DNA of 63,259 nucleotides, filler included, from Clostridiaceae bacterium (GCA_012839865.1; 5 parts of 5 records of this genome joined end to end with filler, not necessarily neighbours in it); one strand, 5' to 3'; numbered from the whole stretch's first letter, positions 28,233 through 39,395 are shown. Program-made: numbers and translations. Notes: generated from the sequence alone by a model not told the origin.

Positions 28233-28820
28233 CTATATTCTTCTGGTCATTATATCATCTATAATGCCATATGCTTTCGCCTCCTGAGCAGACATGAAGA
28301 AATCCCTCTCTACATCCCTTTCAATAACTTCCAGTGGCTGCCCTGTTCTCTCACTCAAAATGCGGTTTAATCTGGCTTTAATTTTAATTATCCATTCCGC
28401 ATGAATTTTTATATCGGTAGCCTGACCCCTTGCTCCTCCTAAAGGCTGATGTATCATAATTTCGCTGTTTGGCAGGGCAAATCTTTTACCCTTGGTGCCG
28501 GCGGCCAGCAAGAAGGCTCCCATGCTTGCAGCCATACCTACCCCTATAGTAATAACATCAGGCTTAATATATTGCATTGTATCATAAATTGCAAACCCTG
28601 CTGAAACCGAACCTCCGGGACTGTTGATATATAGCTGAATGTCCTTGTCCGGTGCTTCCGATTCAAGATACAGAAGCTGTGCTACTACCAGGCTTGCAGT
28701 AACATCATTAATCTCGTCACTGAGCATAATAATTCTTTCTTTTAACAGCCTTGAATAAATATCATAAGAACGCTCGCCTCGATTGGTCTGTTCCACTACA
28801 ATCGGCACTAGACTACTCAT
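28233..28820 (-). CDS. clpP: Clp protease proteolytic subunit
   Basis: [29 protein letters not shown]. Confidence 0.98.
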   Translation of the reverse strand: MSSLVPIVVEQTNRGERSYDIYSRLLKERIIMLSDEINDVTASLVVAQLLYLESEAPDKDIQLYINSPGGSVSAGFAIYDTMQYIKPDVITIGVGMAASMGAFLLAAGTKGKRFALPNSEIMIHQPLGGARGQATDIKIHAEWIIKIKARLNRILSERTGQPLEVIERDVERDFFMSAQEAKAYGIIDDIMTRRI

Positions 28821-28886
28821 AAAATTTCGCCTCCTCTGTTACCTTTTTATATTGTTACCCAATAAAGCAAAAACATAAACCTTATA

Positions 28887-30179
28887 TTAAGCTATTTTAG
28901 CATTTTCCACAAGAAAATCTATCGTCTTCCTGAGTCTTAAGTCTTCCTTAATATATTCTATATCTCTGTCACTCAAATGTTTCTTAAATTCTTCCTCAGT
29001 CTGCCTGTACATTTCAGCAAGTTTCTTTATTTCTTCCTGCACATCTTCATCGGTGGCGGTAATGTTTTCAATGTCTCTTATCTTGTCAATCACCAATTGA
29101 GTCCTGACTTCATTTTCCGCTCTTTCTGCAAACTGCTTCCTGAAATCCTCCATATTCTGGTTGGTATATTTCAAATAGGTTTCAAGGCCGAGATTGCCAT
29201 AGCTGTAGTTCAATCTTCTTTCAAAGTCTTGCACTATATGGTCAATTCTATTTTCTATCATTACCTGAGGCAGGTCAATATTTGCATTGTCTACAACTTT
29301 TTGCAGCACTTTTTCCCTGGTGGCCTCTTCTGCTTCCTTCTGCGCCTTTTCAGTCAATTTCTTCAAAATATCTGCCTTATACTCTTCCAGTGTCTCAAAC
29401 TCACTTACATCTTTCGCAAACTCGTCATCCACCTCAGGCAGAACCTTTTTTCTGATTTCATTAACCTTGACTTTAAAAAGCGCTGGTTTCCCGGCTAATT
29501 CCTTATGGTCATATTCCTCCGGGAAAGTTACATTAACATCAACTTCGTCACCCTTGTTGGCACCTATGAGTTGATCCTCAAAACCTGGTATAAAGGTGCC
29601 TGAACCTATTTCCAGTTCATATTTTTCTCCTTTTCCGCCTTCAAAAGGTTCTCCGTTCAAAAAGCCTTCAAAGTCGATGTTTGCCATGTCTCCCTTTTCT
29701 ATAGCCCGGTCTTCGACAGTAATCATCCGGGCATTCTTTTCAACTTCTTTTTTTATTTCATTTTCTACATCTTCTTCAGTAACCTTCACTTCAACTTTCT
29801 CAACTTCTATTTCCTTATATTGCCCAAGTTCAACTTCCGGCTTAACTGTCACTTTGGCTGTAAAGACTAGCTTCTCGCCCTTACCAATGCTAACTATGTC
29901 AATTTCAGGCTGCTCAACCGGGTGAAGGTCGTTTTCCTTCACTGCCTGGTCATATGCCTCAGGACATACAAAATTGATGGCATCCTCGTACAGAACTTCC
30001 ACACCGTAAACTCTTTCAATAATATTTCTGGGCACCTTGCCCTTTCTGAATCCATTGACTGCAAATCTGCCTTTATTCTTGTTATAGGCATACTGCAGAC
30101 CTTCTTCAAACTTCTCAGCGTCTACCTCTATTTCGAGTTTAACCACGTTTTTTTCGATATTCTCAAGCTTTACATTCAT
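28887..30179 (-). CDS. tig: Trigger factor
   Basis: GFRKGKVP, FKBP domain FIPGFEDQLIG; start at MNVKLE (30179). Confidence 0.97.
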   Translation of the reverse strand: MNVKLENIEKNVVKLEIEVDAEKFEEGLQYAYNKNKGRFAVNGFRKGKVPRNIIERVYGVEVLYEDAINFVCPEAYDQAVKENDLHPVEQPEIDIVSIGKGEKLVFTAKVTVKPEVELGQYKEIEVEKVEVKVTEEDVENEIKKEVEKNARMITVEDRAIEKGDMANIDFEGFLNGEPFEGGKGEKYELEIGSGTFIPGFEDQLIGANKGDEVDVNVTFPEEYDHKELAGKPALFKVKVNEIRKKVLPEVDDEFAKDVSEFETLEEYKADILKKLTEKAQKEAEEATREKVLQKVVDNANIDLPQVMIENRIDHIVQDFERRLNYSYGNLGLETYLKYTNQNMEDFRKQFAERAENEVRTQLVIDKIRDIENITATDEDVQEEIKKLAEMYRQTEEEFKKHLSDRDIEYIKEDLRLRKTIDFLVENAKIA

Positions 30180-30416
30180 TTTATTCCTTTGTCCTCCCAT
30201 TATTACGAATTATTAATTTGTTATTTTTATTGCCTGTGATACATGCTTCATGCTCTATTGGCAAAAAGAATGTTCATATATGTAAATAAATTTGATAGAC
30301 AGGCCATATTAGCGGATTTTGCAAACATTACGCCTCCCATCAAATTTAAGCTATTACATTATAACACAGTATTTCGGGAAATACCAACAAAAAGCGTTAA
30401 ATTTTTCACCTTTTTG

Positions 30417-31133
30417 TCATGCAAAGTAATCATCAATCCTTTGGGGTTTAAATCCCAGGTAGTCTGCTGATATCAGCCGGAATTCGATATTATTTATATT
30501 TCCTGTCACTGCATTTTTCCGGCTTTCCCCGTGCAAATGCCCATAAATGCACATCTTTACATTATATTTTTGCATAATTTCGACAAATCCCGATGGCTGC
30601 ATTTTTGTATTGAAAGGCGGGTAATGCATGGCTGCAATCAGTTTTTTCCCATTTATGCCGCCTTTTATACTCTTTATGGACAATTCCAGTCTTTGAAGCT
30701 CTCTTTCATATATCTTCCGGTCTTCCGGGCTAAAGTCAGAATCTCCGGGACATTTCCACCCCCGGGTCCCGCATATTGCATAATTTCCCAAATCAAAGCT
30801 GGTGTTATGCATAAAGTTGATTGTGTTCAACCCGTATTCCTCTTTAAACTGCAACAGCTTGTTTAAAGTTGTCCACCAATAATCATGATTCCCCTTGGAT
30901 ATGATTTTTTTCCCCGGAAGGTCATCTATAAACTTAAAGTCTCCGACAGCCTGTTTAAGGTAAGTTGCCCAGGATATGTCTCCGGGAATAACAACCCAGT
31001 CGTCCTCCCGGACTGTTTCTTCCCAGTTTTGCTTGAGTCTTTCCATATAATTATCCCAATTAAATCCGAATATATCCATCGGCTTGGCTATGCTTACGGC
31101 AAGATGCAGGTCGGAAATTGCATAAAGTGCCAT
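30417..31133 (-). CDS. Calcineurin-like metallophosphoesterase
   Basis: SDLH, GDIS, GNHD, HYPP, GHLH motifs. Confidence 0.9.
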   Translation of the reverse strand: MALYAISDLHLAVSIAKPMDIFGFNWDNYMERLKQNWEETVREDDWVVIPGDISWATYLKQAVGDFKFIDDLPGKKIISKGNHDYWWTTLNKLLQFKEEYGLNTINFMHNTSFDLGNYAICGTRGWKCPGDSDFSPEDRKIYERELQRLELSIKSIKGGINGKKLIAAMHYPPFNTKMQPSGFVEIMQKYNVKMCIYGHLHGESRKNAVTGNINNIEFRLISADYLGFKPQRIDDYFA

Positions 31134-31263
31134 ACAAAACCTCTATATGTTTCTTGATTATTATTTTAAATATATTATACCCTAAGAAAACTGTGGTCAA
31201 GGTGTTTTTTCTTATTTTTCCCGGGTTGGCGCCGTTTGTCAGTGCAGTCTATTTATAAAAAAT

Positions 31264-31655
31264 GAAATGTGTGCAGGATTAAGAAATGAATATGAAATAT
31301 TAACGGGCCAGACCGGGAAGATAAAGAAAGGAGTGCATAACATAAATTGGCCAGACCTGAGGATAAAGAAATGTGTGCAGAACATAACATTGGCTTTATT
31401 TTGTTAGAAAACCAGGTGAGATGAAGGTAAAAACGCGTGAAAAAAACAGGATGTTTTTTTAGCTTTTTCGAGCCATGGAGGGCGAGTAAAAAGCGATAGC
31501 ATTTTTGCCTTCAGCGAACCGTTGGTTTTCTCAAAATAATAGCCTGTTATGTCTGTACACATTTCTTTATCCCGCACTCATTTCTTTATCCTCCGGTCCA
31601 TCGAAATGCTCTGCGCTCATTTCTTTATTTACTATCCTGTACTCATTCATTATCC
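31264..31655. repeat. Inverted array of iterated ~20-bp motifs (GGATAAAGAAATGWGTRCRG) around a ~170-bp core
   Basis: Plus copies at 31264, 31276, 31319, 31361; minus copies at 31553, 31573, 31611, 31637. Confidence 0.75.
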
Positions 31656-31681
31656 CCTGATCCGTTCGTTGAAATAAGTAG

Positions 31682-31711
31682 TTGCATAAACAAATTGTCC
31701 TGTGTTAAAAT
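31682..31711 (+). promoter_or_regulatory. Probable sigma-A promoter for T-box-tyrS
   Basis: TTGCAT-18 bp-TAAAAT with extended TG. Confidence 0.5.
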
Positions 31712-31775
31712 ACATACAATTAACAAAAGGAAATTCAAATTGGGAATAATAAATAAATGAATAAGGTTTAAAAAT

Positions 31776-32183
31776 AATGAAGGATCAAAGTAGGGCTCTG
31801 TGGTCACATAAAGAGATATATCCGGCTGGTGGGAGGATATGGGTACACAGATGCTTCGAATTACAATCCGGAATTTTATTGCTGAACTCATTAAAAATGG
31901 CTGTCAGCACAGCTCCAACCGGTCAAATCGCAAGCTTTGAGCGGTTGCTGGTGTAGTATCAGCCGGCTGTTTGCGCAGCTTTTTAATCAAGTAGGCAATA
32001 ACGGCCGCTGCCCGTTAAAAACAGCTTTTAAAACAAGGCATGCAAAGCAGAACCTGGCATATTTATTAAAGATTGCCGGACTATACAATCAGGCAATCAA
32101 AGCCAGCCATATTCAAAGCAAAGCATGCAAATTAAGGTGGTACCACGGGTTCTCTCGTCCTTTAGGATGAAAGAACCTTTTTT
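31776..32183 (+). promoter_or_regulatory. T-box riboswitch, Tyr specifier
   Basis: AGAGA and GGCTGGTGGGA stem I motifs, specifier GAAT-TAC-A (31862-31864), GGTGGTACCACG (32136-32147), terminator 32148-32183. Confidence 0.88.
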
Positions 32184-32206
32184 AATATAATCAGGAGGTT
32201 TTTAAA

Positions 32207-33433
32207 ATGGCAAATGTATTTGATGTTTTAAAAGAAAGAGGATTTATAGAGCAGACTACCCATGAGGAAAAAATACGCGAACTATTGGAAAAGGAAAAGG
32301 TAACATTTTATATCGGTTTTGATCCCACAGCCGACAGCCTGACTGTAGGACATTTTCTTACAATTATGGCAATGGCCCATATGCAGCGGCACGGTCACAG
32401 ACCCATTGCCCTCATCGGAGGCGGCACGGTAATGATTGGCGACCCTACCGGCAAAACCGATATGCGTAAGATGCTGGATCGGGAAACCATAGACAAAAAT
32501 GCCGAACGCTTCAAAAAGCAACTTTCAAGGTTCCTTGACTTTTCCGATGACAAGGCAATAATGGTTAATAATGCGGATTGGCTTCTGAACCTCAACTATA
32601 TTGAATTCTTAAGGGAAATTGGAGTCCATTTTTCGGTCAACCGCATGCTTACTGCAGAATGCTACAAGACCCGCATGGAAAGAGGCCTGACATTCCTTGA
32701 ATTCAACTACATGATAATGCAGTCTTATGATTTTCTGGTATTGAATAACAAGTATAATTGCGTAATGCAGTTGGGCGGAAACGACCAATGGTCAAACATT
32801 CTCGGCGGTGTGGAACTTATCAGGAGAAAAGAAGGCAAGCCCGCTTACGGCATGACCTTTACACTGCTCACCACCAGTGAAGGCAAGAAAATGGGTAAAA
32901 CAGAGAAGGGAGCAATCTGGCTGGATCCTGAAAAAACTTCTCCCTACGATTTCTACCAGTACTGGAGAAACGTTGAGGACTCAAATGTTGAGAAATGCCT
33001 GGGCCTGTTAACCTTCCTGCCCATGGACGAAGTGAGAAGACTTGGCTCCTTGAAGGGTGCGGAGATAAACAAGGCAAAGGAAGTCCTGGCATTTGAACTG
33101 ACCAAAATAGTTCACGGTGAAGAAAATGCCATAAAAGCCCAGGAAGCTGCAAGGGCACTTTTTGGAAGCCAGGCCGGCGCATCCGACATGCCTTCTACCG
33201 AAATTTCCATGCAAGAATTTGGTGAAAGCATGAACATACTTGACCTGCTCCTCAAGTCAAAACTCATCCCGTCAAAGGGTGAAGGCAGAAGGCTTGTGCA
33301 GCAGGGCGGCATATATATAAACCAGAACCAGATTGACAGCTTCGATCTGGTCATTACTCCGGCAGATTTTGAAAACAATGAGCTCTTGGTCAGAAAGGGC
33401 AAGAAGACATATCATAAAATTGTTTTAATATAA
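32207..33433 (+). CDS. tyrS: Tyrosine--tRNA ligase
   Basis: [27 protein letters not shown]-terminal S4 domain. Confidence 0.98.
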   Translation: MANVFDVLKERGFIEQTTHEEKIRELLEKEKVTFYIGFDPTADSLTVGHFLTIMAMAHMQRHGHRPIALIGGGTVMIGDPTGKTDMRKMLDRETIDKNAERFKKQLSRFLDFSDDKAIMVNNADWLLNLNYIEFLREIGVHFSVNRMLTAECYKTRMERGLTFLEFNYMIMQSYDFLVLNNKYNCVMQLGGNDQWSNILGGVELIRRKEGKPAYGMTFTLLTTSEGKKMGKTEKGAIWLDPEKTSPYDFYQYWRNVEDSNVEKCLGLLTFLPMDEVRRLGSLKGAEINKAKEVLAFELTKIVHGEENAIKAQEAARALFGSQAGASDMPSTEISMQEFGESMNILDLLLKSKLIPSKGEGRRLVQQGGIYINQNQIDSFDLVITPADFENNELLVRKGKKTYHKIVLI

Positions 33434-33462
33434 TTGATATGTGCCAATATTTTGTATATGCT
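33434..33462 (+). promoter_or_regulatory. Probable promoter for fhs-fchA-folD
   Basis: TTGATA-17 bp-TATGCT. Confidence 0.5.
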
Positions 33463-33476
33463 AATAGAGAGGAGGG

Positions 33477-35162
33477 ATGTCGTGTATGAAAACCGATATT
33501 GAAATTGCGCAAAGCACCGAGCTGAAACCAATCCTGGAGATTGCCCGCAACCTGGGGTTGAGTCCTGATGACATTGACCTCTATGGTAACTATAAAGGAA
33601 AAGTCAGCAGCAATGTTTTGAAAGAGAATGACAATAAAAAAGACGGAAAACTGATACTGGTTACTGCCATAAACCCCACCCCTGCAGGTGAAGGAAAAAC
33701 CACCACGACTGTCGGGCTTGGGGATGCACTGTCAAGGTTGGGTAAAAAAACAATCATTGCTCTTCGGGAGCCATCCCTGGGGCCGGTATTCGGCGTAAAG
33801 GGAGGTGCTGCCGGTGGTGGGTATGCACAGGTTGTACCTATGGAAGATATTAATCTTCATTTTACAGGAGACATTCATGCGGTAGGAGCTGCAAACAATC
33901 TTCTGGCTGCCATGATCGACAACCATATTTACCACGGCAATTCCCTCAATATTGACATTACACAGATTACATGGCGAAGATGCCTTGATATGAACGACCG
34001 CCAGCTAAGGTTCATTATTGACGGTTTGAAGGGCAAGGCAAACGGAGTTCCCCGGGAGGACGGCTTTGATATTACCGTGGCTTCCGAAGTAATGGCCATT
34101 CTCTGCCTGTCTTCTGATATAGATGAGTTGAAGGAAAGGCTTCGGAATATTGTTATAGGTTATACAAAAGAGGGGGAACCTGTAACATGCGGCCAGCTTA
34201 AGGCAGAAGGGGCCATGGCGGCAATCCTGAAGGATGCCTTAAAGCCAAATCTGGTTCAGACTCTGGAGCATACTCCTGCCTTTGTTCATGGAGGCCCCTT
34301 TGCCAATATAGCCCATGGTTGCAGCAGCCTTATCGCCACCAAAACCGCCCTTAAACTTGCAGACTATGTAGTTACGGAAGCAGGTTTTGGCGCAGACCTG
34401 GGAGCAGAAAAATTTATTGATATAAAATGCCGGATAGGCAACCTGAAACCTTCAGCCGTTGTAATTGTAGCTACCGTAAGAGCCCTTAAGCTCCATGGCG
34501 GAGCCAATAAAAAGAACCTGGCGGAAGAAAATTTTGCAGCATTGGAAAAAGGTATTGCGAACCTTGAAAAACATATAGAAAACATACATGATAAATTCGG
34601 CCTTCCTTTGGTTGTTGCAATAAACAAGTTCCCCGGTGACCGGGATTCCGAACTTGAATTGATTTATGAAAAATGCAATAAAATGGGTGTGGAAGCAGCA
34701 GTGTCCGAAGTATGGGCAAAAGGCAGCGAAGGCGGAATTGAACTTGCAGGCAGGGTTCTTGATATTATTGAAAACAGGCCATCGGACGGTTTCAACTATC
34801 TATATGATGTCAACCTGCCGGTTAAAGAAAAAATAAAGTTGATAGTAACCGGAATTTACGGTGGAAAAGACGTTGAATTCAGCGGTGAAGCTTTAAAAGA
34901 GATTAAAAAGATTGAAAAGCTCGGGTTTGGAAAACTGCCAATCTGCATGGCAAAAACCCAATACTCACTTACGGACGACCCCAAGGTTACCGGCAGACCT
35001 GAAGGTTTCACTGTTACTGTAAGAAATGTGAAAGTATCTGCAGGTGCCGGTTTTATCGTAGCCCTGACGGGAGATATAATGACCATGCCCGGTCTTCCTG
35101 CCATACCTGCTGCAGAGACTATTGATGTAGACTCCCAGGGAAGAATTACAGGGTTGTTTTAA
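33477..35162 (+). CDS. fhs: Formate--tetrahydrofolate ligase (alternative start 33486)
   Basis: [15 protein letters not shown]-like [29 protein letters not shown]. Confidence 0.98.
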   Translation: MSCMKTDIEIAQSTELKPILEIARNLGLSPDDIDLYGNYKGKVSSNVLKENDNKKDGKLILVTAINPTPAGEGKTTTTVGLGDALSRLGKKTIIALREPSLGPVFGVKGGAAGGGYAQVVPMEDINLHFTGDIHAVGAANNLLAAMIDNHIYHGNSLNIDITQITWRRCLDMNDRQLRFIIDGLKGKANGVPREDGFDITVASEVMAILCLSSDIDELKERLRNIVIGYTKEGEPVTCGQLKAEGAMAAILKDALKPNLVQTLEHTPAFVHGGPFANIAHGCSSLIATKTALKLADYVVTEAGFGADLGAEKFIDIKCRIGNLKPSAVVIVATVRALKLHGGANKKNLAEENFAALEKGIANLEKHIENIHDKFGLPLVVAINKFPGDRDSELELIYEKCNKMGVEAAVSEVWAKGSEGGIELAGRVLDIIENRPSDGFNYLYDVNLPVKEKIKLIVTGIYGGKDVEFSGEALKEIKKIEKLGFGKLPICMAKTQYSLTDDPKVTGRPEGFTVTVRNVKVSAGAGFIVALTGDIMTMPGLPAIPAAETIDVDSQGRITGLF

Positions 35163-35286
35163 GGGAAATTTAAATCGCGAAAAATTTACAACTTGTGGTA
35201 AAACACAAATTTACTTAAAGGAACAGATATGCAAGCCTTGTTGTTTGTAGGTTTTAAATTGCTAAAAGATTATCTGGAGGACTAAT

Positions 35287-35916
35287 ATGCTGGTTGATTT
35301 GACTTGTGTGGAATTTGCCGACAAGCTTGCGGCTAAAACACCCGTGCCAGGGGGCGGCGGGGCCTCGGCAATGGCGGGTGCCCTTGGAGCAGCCCTCGGA
35401 AGCATGGTGTGCAATTATACAATAGGAAAGAAAAAATACAAAAATGTTGAGGAAGATGTGAAGCTTATTTTGGAGAAAGCTGCCCTCCTTCAGAGCAAGC
35501 TCCTTTCATTGGTGGACAAGGATGCAGTTGTTTTTGAACCCTTGTCAAAAGCCTATGCCATGCCCGAAAACACCGAGGAAGAAAAAAACCTCAAGGAAAA
35601 GATAATGGAAGAAGCCTTGGTTGAAGCATCCAAGGTTCCAATGGAAATAATGGAAGCTGCCCTGGAAGCTATCGGGCTTCATGAAGAGCTTTTGGAAAAG
35701 GGCTCAAAAATGTTAATCAGCGATGTTGGTGTGGGTGTTATTCTTTGCAAGGCAGCCCTTCAAGGCGCAGCCCTTAATGTTTTTATAAACACCGGAGTAA
35801 TGAAAAACAGGAGTTTTGCGGACTTATTGAATGAGAGGGCAAAAACAATGCTGGAAACCGGAATAACCAAAGCAGACAACATTTATAAAGCCGTGGAAGG
35901 CAAATTGTGCAAATAG
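35287..35916 (+). CDS. fchA: Methenyltetrahydrofolate cyclohydrolase (cyclodeaminase/cyclohydrolase family)
   Basis: PVPGGGGASA, LVDKDAVVF, SDVGVG, NVFIN; located between fhs and folD. Confidence 0.9.
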   Translation: MLVDLTCVEFADKLAAKTPVPGGGGASAMAGALGAALGSMVCNYTIGKKKYKNVEEDVKLILEKAALLQSKLLSLVDKDAVVFEPLSKAYAMPENTEEEKNLKEKIMEEALVEASKVPMEIMEAALEAIGLHEELLEKGSKMLISDVGVGVILCKAALQGAALNVFINTGVMKNRSFADLLNERAKTMLETGITKADNIYKAVEGKLCK

Positions 35917-35950
35917 GTGTTAATTGGGCAGTATTAACTAATAGCAAAGG

Positions 35951-36814
35951 ATGATTTATAAAATGGCACTTTTGTTAAAAGGTATAGAAGTATCAAAATC
36001 CATTAAAAAAGACCTTGAGAAAAGAGTCAGTGTTCTTTCCGAAAAGGGTATAAAGCCATGTATTGCAATCATCAGGCTGGGAGACAGGCCTGACGATGTT
36101 TCATATGAAAAAAACGCGGTAAAAAAGCTGACCGACCTGGGTATTGAGTGTAAATTATTCAGGTTTGAAACTGTCATAACACAAGATGAACTAATAACCA
36201 ACATCAGGGTCATAAACAGCGATGCTTCCATACATGGTATTCTGCTCTTCAGGCCGTTGCCCCGGCATATTAACGAAGATGCGGTAAAGATTGAGATAAG
36301 TCCCGGGAAGGATATCGACTGTATCAACCCCGTCAATCTTGCAAAGGTTTTTGCCGGTGACGAAAGCGGTTTTGCCCCCTGTACGCCGGAAGCTGTAATA
36401 AAAACCCTTGAGTATTACGGAATACCTTTGGAAGGAAAAAATGTAGTTGTAATAGGCAGAAGCCTGGTGGTCGGGAAGCCGTTATCCATGCTTCTTTTAA
36501 AGGAAAATGCAACTGTTACGATATGCCACACCAGGACACGGAATTTAAAAGAGATATGCAAGAAAGCCGAAATCCTGATTGTTGCAGCCGGAAAAGCCAA
36601 AATTGTGGATGATACCTACGTTTCACAGGGCGCCACAGTGGTGGACGTTGGAATAAACGTGGATGAGGATGGCAAGCTTTGCGGTGATGTGGATACCGAT
36701 AAAATATTGGATATTGCAGAAGCGGTCACGCCGGTTCCCGGTGGAATAGGAACCGTGACTACCTCCGTCCTGGCTGAGCATACTGTACGGGCAGCAGAGC
36801 AAACAGTTTCATGA
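35951..36814 (+). CDS. folD: Methylenetetrahydrofolate dehydrogenase/cyclohydrolase
   Basis: KDIDC, PCTPEA, GRSLVVGKP, DVGIN, TPVPGGIG. Confidence 0.96.
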   Translation: MIYKMALLLKGIEVSKSIKKDLEKRVSVLSEKGIKPCIAIIRLGDRPDDVSYEKNAVKKLTDLGIECKLFRFETVITQDELITNIRVINSDASIHGILLFRPLPRHINEDAVKIEISPGKDIDCINPVNLAKVFAGDESGFAPCTPEAVIKTLEYYGIPLEGKNVVVIGRSLVVGKPLSMLLLKENATVTICHTRTRNLKEICKKAEILIVAAGKAKIVDDTYVSQGATVVDVGINVDEDGKLCGDVDTDKILDIAEAVTPVPGGIGTVTTSVLAEHTVRAAEQTVS

Positions 36815-36863
36815 CAGTTCATGGAAAGCAGGTTGAATTGCAAGACTAATAAATTTTCATAAT

Positions 36864-36894
36864 ATATATGGCGGGAAAATACCCCGCCATATAT
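36864..36894. terminator. Hairpin between convergent folD and Lon-like genes
   Basis: ATATATGGCGGG-aaaatac-CCCGCCATATAT. Confidence 0.75.
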
Positions 36895-36896
36895 TC

Positions 36897-36975
36897 ATGT
36901 TCCGTTTCTTATGCTTCGCTTTCCATGTTTTGCTTTATTCTTCGCTTTATATGCTTCGCTTATTGCGTTTCGCTC
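36897..36975. repeat. Degenerate 12-14-bp tandem repeat (TATGCTTCGCTT)
   Basis: Copies at 36910, 36924, 36936, 36950. Confidence 0.55.
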
Positions 36976-39395
36976 TTCTTTTTTCTATTTGCTCCACTCT
37001 TTCTTTTTGTTTCACCTCTCTTGGCTTGCTCTGCAAACCTCTTCAGTTTTTCGTATACAAGGCCATTAATAGTGCCTTTCGGGTAACTTCCGTCTTTCTT
37101 TTGTTTCCCCGCTTTCATGCCTGTCAGGATTTCAATTCCCTCGTCAATTGTCTTTATGGGGTAAATATGGAATTTGCCTTCCTTTACAGCTTCAACAACC
37201 TCGTCCTTCAACATGAGGTTTCTGATGTTTGAATAGGGAATTATTACACCCTGCTCCCCTGTTAAGCCGCGAATCTTGCACAGTTCGAAGAATCCTTCAA
37301 TTTTCTGGGTGGCTCCTCCTATAGGCTGGATTTCACCCCTTTGGTTTACAGACCCTGTAACAGCCATACCCTGTTTTATCGGCACCTCCGCCAGGCTTGA
37401 AAGCAGTGCATACAGCTCTGCGCTTGATGCACTGTCCCCGTCAACACTTCCATACAACTGTTCAAAGCAGAGGCTTGCAGACAGGGATAGAGGTATCCTC
37501 TGGGCGTATTTCTGGCCAATGTATCCGGAAAGTATCAACACACCTTTCGAATGGGACCGGCCGCTCATGTTGACTTCACGTTCAATATTTATAATACCGC
37601 TCTTGCCCATGTAAGTAGTGGCAGTTATCCGGGAAGGCTTGCCGAAGGCATAATCTCCCGTATCGATGATGGACAACCCGTTTATCTGGCCGATAACCTC
37701 ACCCTGGGTATCAATCATTATGGTATCGTCCCTCATGAGCTCAAGAAGCTTTTCGTCATACCTGTTGGATCGCTTTTCCTTCTCGGCAATTGCCTTTTTC
37801 ACATGCTCAATCCGTACCAGGCTGCTGTTGTCAAGTTCCGCCCAGGTACTTGCCTCGCAGAGTATTTCGACAATGTCATTAAACCTTGTGGTCATCTTTT
37901 TCTGGTCTTCAACAAGCCTTGAGCTGTATTCAACAACACCTGCCACGCCTGTCCTGTCAAAATGCCGTACATCTTCCCTGGTGCAGAATCCGCTTATAAA
38001 CCTTGCCAATTTCATTATATTGGTTTTGTTTCTTTCCATCTCATAGTCGAAATCGGCCTTTATCTTGAACAACTTTCTGAAATCCTCGTCATACTCGTAC
38101 AGAAGCTGGTAAATAAGCTCGCTGCCTATCAAAATTACCTTAACATTCACGGATATGGGTTCAGGCTTCAGAGTAGACACAGCCACTATGCCAAGAAGTT
38201 CCTTTATGTTTTCAACCTCTATTTTCTTTGTCTTGAGAACCCTCTTTAAAAGCTCCCAGGACTGGTAATTGGTCAATACATCCTTTGCCTGGAGAATGAG
38301 GTAGCCTCCGTTGGCAAGATGCAGATTTCCGGGTTTTATTTTAGTAAAGTCGGTGGTGATTACCCCTAGTTCATTTTCATATTCAATCTTCCCCACCAGA
38401 TTATAAAAGGTGGGATTGAAATCTACTATCACCGGAGCACCCTTTAGCTTGCTGTTATCCACAAACAGGTTAATCTTGTATCTGTCCGCCTTAAAACCGC
38501 TGCGTCTGGACAAATAAGTCAGTATTGTCATTTCCTGCTGTGTTTTTTCGGTGTTTCTAAATTCATCAAGATTCTCAAGAATATCCTTTTGTACATTGTC
38601 CAGGTAATTTAAAATTTTCCCGTAGTCCCTGTACCGGGTCTTAAGTTCGATAATAAGCGACTCCACCACTTGAAGGGCTATTGCATTTTCCCATTCACTT
38701 ATCTTGTTTTCCGCCCATTTCTCAATCTCGCGTATTTTATGAATTATTTCTACAGTCTGGCGCTGTACTTCGTCAGACTTTTTATTTATCTCGTACTTTA
38801 CCGAATCATCCAGATCGGCATATTCCTGCATGCTTAGCGTTTTGCCGTCAATAATAGGCAGAAAATAGACTCCGGTTGCATTTGTTTTTACCTTGAATCC
38901 CTGCTTTTCGACCTCTTCATTGAGTTTCTCAAGGAGCTCGTTTCTTTTCTCCTGATAATCTTTTACAATCTCAGCCTTTTCTTTTTCATAATCCTTGCTG
39001 TCAAAAACCCTGGCTATCTCGGAACCTACTTCTTTTATAAAATTGTCCATGTCTTTCTGAAACTTCCTGCCCATGCCTGCAGGAAGATTTACCGAAAGCG
39101 GCTGGTTTGGATCATCAAAATTATAAATATAACACCAATCATCGGGCGTCTTATCTTTCGCCGCCACTTTTTTTATATAACTTTGAGCATAGCTTGTTTT
39201 GCCCGAGCCGGTAATACCCGACATGTAAATGTTGTAACCGCTCATTCTTACTTTAAGGCCAAACTCTATAGCTTCCACTGCTCTCTTCTGGCCTATTATG
39301 CCATCCAGCGGTTTTAATTCGGAAGTGTCATTGAATTTAAATATTTCAGGATCGCATTCGTTTCTAAGTTTTTTATACTCAACTTCAAACGGCAT
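36960..39395 (-). CDS. Lon-like ATP-dependent protease (LonB/LonC type with coiled-coil insert)
   Basis: GQKRAV, GITGSGKT, LHLANGGYL, DGDSASSAE (Ser), GGATQKIEGF (Lys). Confidence 0.9.
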   Translation of the reverse strand: MPFEVEYKKLRNECDPEIFKFNDTSELKPLDGIIGQKRAVEAIEFGLKVRMSGYNIYMSGITGSGKTSYAQSYIKKVAAKDKTPDDWCYIYNFDDPNQPLSVNLPAGMGRKFQKDMDNFIKEVGSEIARVFDSKDYEKEKAEIVKDYQEKRNELLEKLNEEVEKQGFKVKTNATGVYFLPIIDGKTLSMQEYADLDDSVKYEINKKSDEVQRQTVEIIHKIREIEKWAENKISEWENAIALQVVESLIIELKTRYRDYGKILNYLDNVQKDILENLDEFRNTEKTQQEMTILTYLSRRSGFKADRYKINLFVDNSKLKGAPVIVDFNPTFYNLVGKIEYENELGVITTDFTKIKPGNLHLANGGYLILQAKDVLTNYQSWELLKRVLKTKKIEVENIKELLGIVAVSTLKPEPISVNVKVILIGSELIYQLLYEYDEDFRKLFKIKADFDYEMERNKTNIMKLARFISGFCTREDVRHFDRTGVAGVVEYSSRLVEDQKKMTTRFNDIVEILCEASTWAELDNSSLVRIEHVKKAIAEKEKRSNRYDEKLLELMRDDTIMIDTQGEVIGQINGLSIIDTGDYAFGKPSRITATTYMGKSGIINIEREVNMSGRSHSKGVLILSGYIGQKYAQRIPLSLSASLCFEQLYGSVDGDSASSAELYALLSSLAEVPIKQGMAVTGSVNQRGEIQPIGGATQKIEGFFELCKIRGLTGEQGVIIPYSNIRNLMLKDEVVEAVKEGKFHIYPIKTIDEGIEILTGMKAGKQKKDGSYPKGTINGLVYEKLKRFAEQAKRGETKRKSGANRKKKSETQ

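Noticed and set aside
31264..31655. CRISPR array (also considered for 36897-36975 and 62941-63095)
   Set aside because: Units are degenerate, abut or invert, lack unique equal-length spacers, and no cas genes are present.
32207..35162. Tyr T-box control extending into fhs-fchA-folD
   Set aside because: A separate promoter-like TTGATA-17-TATGCT lies directly before fhs.
33477..36814. Evidence that the organism is an acetogen
   Set aside because: fhs, fchA and folD also occur in non-acetogens; no acs, CODH or metF gene is in the window.
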